Assembly (NCBI GenBank): GCA_964016885.1
Contig: OZ024749.1
Location: 46,066,001-46,130,000, forward strand
Reading direction: 5' to 3'
Source: Eledone cirrhosa
Lineage: Eukaryota
DNA length: 64,000 nt
The notes beneath the pieces were generated by a model that was given only the letters and a program-made list of their open reading frames with translations, was not told the origin of the DNA and did no database searches. Within the stretch, counting starts at the first letter, position 1. Each line of letters starts with the position of its first letter. The position numbers and the translations under genes are program-made. This document shows, one piece after another, positions 56,368 through 64,000 of this stretch.

Positions 56368-56571
56368 ACAACAGTTAGTTCACCATACCGAGAGCAATTG
56401 TTTCACCTTAGCGGATCTTCAGCTCGGGATGGGCATGGTTATAGGAACAGGAAGGACAACCGTACGAAGGCGCATACGCAGAAACTCGGTCACTTCGCAC
56501 AGGCAATACTAGACTGCGTGCGAGAGGTGTAAAGGAGATAACTGCGAAAGTCCGAAAAGTTTTTAGGTTGA
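56368..56571 (-). repeat. 5' pseudo-LTR of the PLE
   Basis: Direct repeat of 54084-54287 with scattered substitutions. Confidence 0.92.
56383..56432 (-). ncRNA. Minimal type I hammerhead motif in 5' pLTR (U16.1 mutated to C)
   Basis: Minus strand reads CCATCCCGAG-CTGAAGA-tCCgctaaGGt-GAAA-CAATTG-CT-CTCGGTATGG. Stem I pairs and stem III is palindromic. Confidence 0.85.
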
Positions 56572-56627
<56 letters not shown>

Positions 56628-57843
56628 CATATGTACATGTGTGTATATACAGTCATTCTTATATCGTACGTTTTCCCTTTATCTACCCCCAATTTTAATT
56701 TCTCATTTTTACTTAATAAAATAATTTTATTTGTCATTTATATATTATCTATTTATGTATTCAAATCTCTTTGTTCATTTTCACATTTTTTTGCAAGATT
56801 CCTTTTAAACATATTTTTTAATCATTTTTTCCGTTGTTTGGCTTCAATCAGATATAGGAATATCTCAATAAAATACTTCCCATTTCCCTTTCTGCATATT
56901 TTTATGTCTCTTTGGGTAATTTAAAGAGATTTCTTCACGATATCCAATACATTTAAAAAAGAAGTGTATATGTACGTACATACAAACACACATACACACA
57001 CACGCGCGCATATATACATATATATGTATATATATATACACACACACATATATATATAATAATACCCAACCCCATATATATATATATGTGTGTGTGTGTG
57101 AGTGTGTGCGTGTGTTCTTACATTTAAGTATTTATGTTGATCTATTGATTTATAGATGAATGTATATATATCTGGGTGTGTTATGTGTGCTTTCGGTAAA
57201 TGATTAAAAAGAGATCTCTCACCTTCTCCAACCTATATATTGAATGTTCGATTATGTTAAACCCTGGAATTGTTGAAGACAAATACGTTCGTTGTCAATG
57301 TTTTTATGGGATTATATTGTCTTGCCTATTAGACTTTTGATTCCCAGTTGAATTTGTTTAACTTCTTATGAAAACTGGCGGCATCTAACTTCAAATGCTG
57401 ATCTCCCGAAACAACATAGCAGACGTTGCACTAGGGATAGTCAAATTCTTGAGTTTATTGATTCCTTCATGGAATATATGAGACACAGGTATGTGCTAAA
57501 TTAAATAAATGAATTAATAAATCAATAAAAAGAATATGCATCTGTCGTGAATACAGAGAAATTACATATTTTCCTCTGTCTCAATAAGGCTTTTTCATAT
57601 ATACATCTTTCCGCCGACTTGTTTTGATGCGTTCTGCAAACCAAGCCGAATAATATAAAGTCCCCCTCTTACGGGTTTTCATTGACTATGGTGGCCGAAG
57701 AGGGCGGTAGAGGCTTTTGTTTATTCGTTCTAACTTTTTTGAAAGTTTTCCGTCGTTTTCGTGTTAAACTTTCCTATTTATTATTATTGTGACGCTACGA
57801 GATCCATCCTTAATCAACTACCTCTTTATTTACCGAAACGATG

Positions 57844-57924
<81 letters not shown>

Positions 57925-58430
57925 TAATCTCTATACTTTTTATTGACGAATATTTATTTATATTGCCCTCTTTCCACCATTACTATTTCTACTACTTATC
58001 TGACCATATCTTGTTCTGTCTGAATACGAATGACTTGTCCCCCATTTCTATGCTGCTGTGATGTCACATATGTGTCTTTCTGCTGGCTTATGAAATTTTT
58101 GAATAAATACAATATCTCATATCATATTGACCGAGCTAAAATCGGATATCCACAAGTTCACTAATATTTGTCACGTCTAGATTAGTGCAAATATGAAAAA
58201 TCTTATTCTTTATAAATTGCAAACAAATCACACCAACAACCTTGAAAAGTATATACCATAACACGGATTTCTTTATTGTCATTATTATTATTATTATTGG
58301 TGTTATTATTATTATTATTATTAGTGTCGTTATCATTATTGTTGCTCATGTTCTTTTTTTATTGATAGAATAAACCTATATATATATATGTGTGTGTGTG
58401 TGTGTATGTGTATACACATAAATATATATG

Positions 58431-58466
<36 letters not shown>

Positions 58467-58496
58467 GGTATGTATGTATATGTATTTATATATATG

Positions 58497-58558
<62 letters not shown>

Positions 58559-58583
58559 TATATATATATATATATATATATGC

Positions 58584-58695
<112 letters not shown>

Positions 58696-59124
58696 GCATA
58701 TATACATGCATACATACATATATACGTACATCAGATACATACATAATCACATACATACGTACATCACATACATGTCGCTGAATCGATATATGCATCAAGC
58801 TTTTGGAACAAAGCAGTGTAAAAATATGTTGCCATGAAAGAGAATATGTGAAAGAAGATTTGAATAAATAAAACTGTAGTCATAAAGTTTATAATACAAG
58901 ACAAAATATATATATAGTTAACTAAATGAAAGCAACATTTAATAATATAAAACAAAATATGTTTTCAGAAATTGAAATTCTACCAGTAATATAGAGTTTG
59001 AAATAAGAAATATATTTAAAAAGTTATAATAATAATTAAACAATTATAAAATATGTGAAAAAATTGATTATATAGTAGGATAAATCAAATAAATATACTA
59101 CACATACGTAGACATACATAGAAG

Positions 59125-59192
<68 letters not shown>

Positions 59193-59719
59193 CATATGTG
59201 TATGTGTATATATGTGTGTGGGAGTGTGTGTTTTGGTCCGTGTGTGTAAGTGTCAGAGTGTGACTGCGTGCGTGTTTGTGTGTATGTGTGTCGTCTCTAT
59301 ATGAGGTGTATGTGATTTGAAGTGTTTGAAAAATGTTGAGTAAAGGAATATAAATTAAATATAATAAAACTATACAAAATCCAATAAATGTAGGATATTT
59401 TTAATATTTCATACACGGTATCATTTTAAACTACACGCACATAAATGCAAACATACATAAAAATATAAATTCATACATACAATCTCCATATATACATGCA
59501 TACACACACACACACACGCACATACACACACACACACGCACATACACACACACGCACACACATATATACATATATATATACATAAGTGTGTGTATATATG
59601 TATATATATATACATAAATGTGTGCATATATATATATGTAGTATATGTATGCATGTAAATATGTATATTTACATATATATATACATATATATATATATAT
59701 ACATATATAAATATATATA

Positions 59720-59853
<134 letters not shown>

Positions 59854-60291
59854 TGTATGTATATGTATATAATACATTTACAAACACATGTGTTAGATCA
59901 CAATGATTTTCAATGTTACTGGTAAGAATTGCCGTTAGCGATGTGAATAAAAGATGGATATTACGAAGAAAAATAAAAGATTTAGGTTACTGAGTACAAA
60001 AGAACTCTGTTTGAGATGATGTGTACAAGTTAAGAGGCAGGTAAACAATCTGTGACTTCTCTTTTTTCCTTTTCTTTTCAGAGAGTGCAGCAAAGGGGAG
60101 AGAAACGTGGTGATATCGAAGAATATGGAATAAAGGATGATTGAACGCATAAATGGTATCATTGAATAAAAGAATGAAAACGTTGTAAAGATGCGACGTG
60201 TTTAAAATCTTTGTTTACAGACAGCAGACATACATTTTATCTACATATGTATATATGTATGTGGGTATCTATATTTGCATGACTATGCATT

Positions 60292-60389
<98 letters not shown>

Positions 60390-60398
60390 GTATATTTA

Positions 60399-60492
<94 letters not shown>

Positions 60493-61076
60493 ACACACAT
60501 GCCTGCATACACATATATGTATAAGTATGTATGTATTCATTAATGCATATATGTATGTAAATGTATTGATTCCGTGTTTGGTTAGATGAATGGATTCTGG
60601 GAAGGAAGGAAAAATATAGATACGTTCTTGATGTGTGGATGAATATAAATAAAACTACTTCCCATGACTGATGCTTATAAACGGTTTTCCTTCCATAATG
60701 AAGGTAATCATAGACAATTCTCATCGAAATGGATATGTGAATATACTTTGACAGGTAACATGTCATTTTTTTAATGATTCATCGAAAAATAGGTGAATTG
60801 GTGTTATGCATTGTACAGTTACAAAGGGACAGGAATTTGCAGATTAAGTTGTTGTGGACGTCTCCTTAATTTTACTGAGGCACAAAGTACCATTGTACTT
60901 TTCAGCCTATCTACTTTTTCTAAATAGTTATTAAAGAAATAAAATATCGTGCTTTTATATAATCGATCTGTTTGTTATCTCAGACATCCGAGTTTTTGTC
61001 CCAGATCGAATAAATATTTACAACTTCTGATAGCAACCAATCTGTTCGATTAACAAATTTTATTTTATTAACACTC

Positions 61077-61108
<32 letters not shown>

Positions 61109-61714
61109 TTGTGTATGTGTGTGTGTGTGTGTGTGTTATACATATTTCACTCTTTTAATCATCAGTAAGAATTATCAATTAGCATGAATGTCAATGAGAA
61201 CAACAATTTAACTATCAAGGATATCATCCATATATTATATCCAAAGTCTATATCATTATTGACGGCGTGTACTATTGATTCTTTACAGTGTTTAATAACA
61301 CCTACTGATCATCAGGGATGTAAGATGCCACAATAGTTTTCCGGTGTTGCACTAACTCTGACTCTTTGACTCTCACAATTGTGAGAGGTTTAGAAAAATT
61401 CTTCTTACAATAAAACTATTAATACCTTCGCTCAAATACAAGCTCAAACACTATCATCATTCTCCTAGAGCACCCGCAGCTGTAAAAACGATAAAACGAT
61501 CAAACATGGACAACTAGAGACATATATATCCCCATAGCAAACGTTAACTGCATCATATTAAGGAGACAGCTACAACGTGGTCACTCAACCTGCTAGTAAT
61601 AGCAGTAAATGTCGTCGAAAACGTTTTACATAAGGAAATAGAACCTTAATTAGTGTAGTCATACATATCAAAAAAAAAAGGAAGTGCTTTTCACCATATG
61701 TCTCGTCAACTAAT

Positions 61715-62016
61715 AATTATTTCTACTATTGGCACAAGGCAAGGAATTATCCCAGTGCATTACTGGTACTTTATTTTATCGACATCGTAAGGATGAAAGG
61801 CAAAGTCAACTTCGGCGGGATTTGAACTCAGACCATAAAGGGGCGTAACTCTATGCTGGAAAGCACGGCGTCCGACTCTCTACCGATTCTGCCAATTCAC
61901 TGGTCAACTAATAATAACATGAAGAACAAAGCGAACAATAATAATTATTTCTACTTTAGGCACAAGGCCAGCAATTTCCCAGTGCATTACTGGTACTTTA
62001 TTTTATCGACCCCGTA
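61715..62016 (-). mobile_element. Full SINE (61715-61903) plus a 3' fragment (61940-62016)
   Basis: Reverse-complement copy with TSD-like TCAACTAATAAT on both sides. Confidence 0.88.
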
Positions 62017-62279
62017 ATAAATAGTACATATCACTGAAAATATGTGGAACATTTGTAGACCGAAACGCACACACACAATCATACACATCCACACACACAT
62101 ATATATAGAACTCTCCTCCACTTCATCTAACCTTGAACATAATAAAAAGATTGTAAATTTACATCACTGTATTGTGTTTGTTTTATTGGTTCAACTATGT
62201 ATGGATATATACACACACACACACACACACACTCATGTGTGTATATATATATATATGTATCTATATATATGTATCTATC

Positions 62280-62315
<36 letters not shown>

Positions 62316-62354
62316 CGTATCTATATATATGTATATACATGTATATATATGTAT

Positions 62355-62398
<44 letters not shown>

Positions 62399-62411
62399 AA
62401 TACATATATAC

Positions 62412-62465
<54 letters not shown>

Positions 62466-63461
62466 CATGCATAAATGTTGAGGGGGTGTTTAAGTCTATA
62501 CTCTTTGTATGTCTTTTATTTGTTTGGCGCTTAATCATTTGTCATTGTTTATTGTGGACAATATAAGCACTGAAAAAAGATATACACAAACAGACGCACA
62601 CACACACACATACACGCATACACATATAGAGAAGCATACATCCATAATAAAATGGATATTTTTTCCCCTCTATTCACATCTTTTCTAAGAAAATTCTCCT
62701 CCAATCAAGTCCTTCCGCGACCACAATGGACTACAATAATGCACAATAGAACAGCTAGCAGATTTACCAATCTTTACCATTTGCTTCACAAACACACAAT
62801 AAAGGCATTTGCCTTCAGATAGTCGATAAGGATAGAATATATTTCACTTATTGGAGTAGATTTAACCTATCTCTATATACAAGCTATGGGATTTTTCTAC
62901 GTGGATGGTTATTCGACCTGTTAAAAATAACAGCCGTATCTTACTCAAATTAAACCCTACTATATTAAAATGGGAAACGGTGTATCGGATAATGAATGAC
63001 ATCTTGAAATGAATCGATTATGATTTTAAAAAAAAATGAAAAAATGAAAAAAAAAAAAAAGAATGACAAGGATGGTCACCTCTGGATTGCCTCTAAAATA
63101 TATTTATTTGTAAATGTCGCATCAAATATATAACAACAAGCATATTAAATTTCCTAATACAGTTAAAACACGGATTAACGATAAGAGAGTAGACTTGACT
63201 ACAGCATACACCGGCATAAAGCGGATACACGGCCGGTGTAAGATGAAGAAAAGCTATCGTTTATTATAGGTGCCACACAGCTGGGTTACGTGTTGCTGAT
63301 TGATACAATGTCTGCTTGTCCGTCTCTCACCTGTTTTCTCTACTGCTTCACTCAGCTTTCTTTCATGTATATATCTACGTGTAACTTCTCTTTCTCTTTC
63401 TCTCCTTTTCCACACATGCACACTGCCTGTTCCTTCGCTCTCAATCTTTCTAGCTCTCACA

Positions 63462-63552
<91 letters not shown>

Positions 63553-63802
63553 ACTCACTCCTTCTCTCACTATCATTCTTTCTCTTTTCCTTTCACCTTC
63601 TGTATCTCATCGTGTTCTCCATACTGACGCTCGCTTCATTTAAAAATATTGTTGCTACTATATAGATTAACATGGCATGTGTACCGTTAGTGTAGATATG
63701 ATATAGATGCAGTTCGACGGCAATGGATCGAAAAAAAAATTATATATATGTTGAAAGTCGAACGACTGTCGATCTATATATATATATATATAATATATAT
63801 AA

Positions 63803-63838
<36 letters not shown>

Positions 63839-63849
63839 TTATATCTATA

Positions 63850-63882
<33 letters not shown>

Positions 63883-64000
63883 ATATATATATAATTTCGC
63901 TATTGTAAAGTCAATTTACCGTTGGTTCGGGAAAGTGAGCACTCAATGTGTAAATCTCCAGTGTATACTTTGGGGTTTACGAAGAAGAGTGTAATAATAT

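Larger units (their letters stand above)
54072..56575 (-). mobile_element. Penelope-like retroelement, Naiad-type (RT + C-terminal GIY-YIG), decayed, with pseudo-LTRs, inserted in (TA)n
   Basis: ~204-bp direct repeats at 54084-54287 and 56368-56571. Minus-strand peptides YTLKNIQTPS, NPTCRLINPAR, IVDFYPSI, FDVSIGSFDSTDVCDLVGLFIL, GIYRDDGL, VDFLHINLDL, IWFSPPF, IFNR, VIYEAVV...SYVG and RSEFFTRCPH match the Naiad/Dryad PLE pattern as I recall it. Both ends abut (TA)n. Confidence 0.92.

Overview
AT-rich, microsatellite-saturated metazoan non-coding DNA. The SINE and repeat content resembles octopus/cephalopod genomes (inference from recalled repeat sequences). Nearly all ORF-track entries are translations of (TA)n, (CA)n, (AG)n, (GAT)n or (ACT)n, and no host protein gene can be called with confidence; only weak minus-strand exon candidates exist. 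Supported content: (1) a decayed but near full-length Naiad-type Penelope-like retroelement (PLE) at 54072-56575 (-), with ~204-bp pseudo-LTRs carrying hammerhead ribozyme motifs, an RT with YRDD and a C-terminal GIY-YIG. Its C-x-C-x5-C-x5-C motif has in-frame TGA at the 2nd and 4th Cys, a candidate selenocysteine recoding. (2) About a dozen small, often palindromic PLE-end remnants in (TA)n tracts that carry hammerhead motifs with different cores (canonical C3:G8, U3:A8, G3:C8, A4), including an apparently intact minimal hammerhead at 31774-31814 and a five-copy full-size family with covarying stem III. (3) A retro-copied 3' half of tRNA-Trp including CCA, fused to a fold-back element. (4) About 17 copies of a tRNA-derived SINE, a non-autonomous Helitron and an RTE LINE 3' end. 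All calls were made by eye and boundaries of degenerate repeats are approximate.
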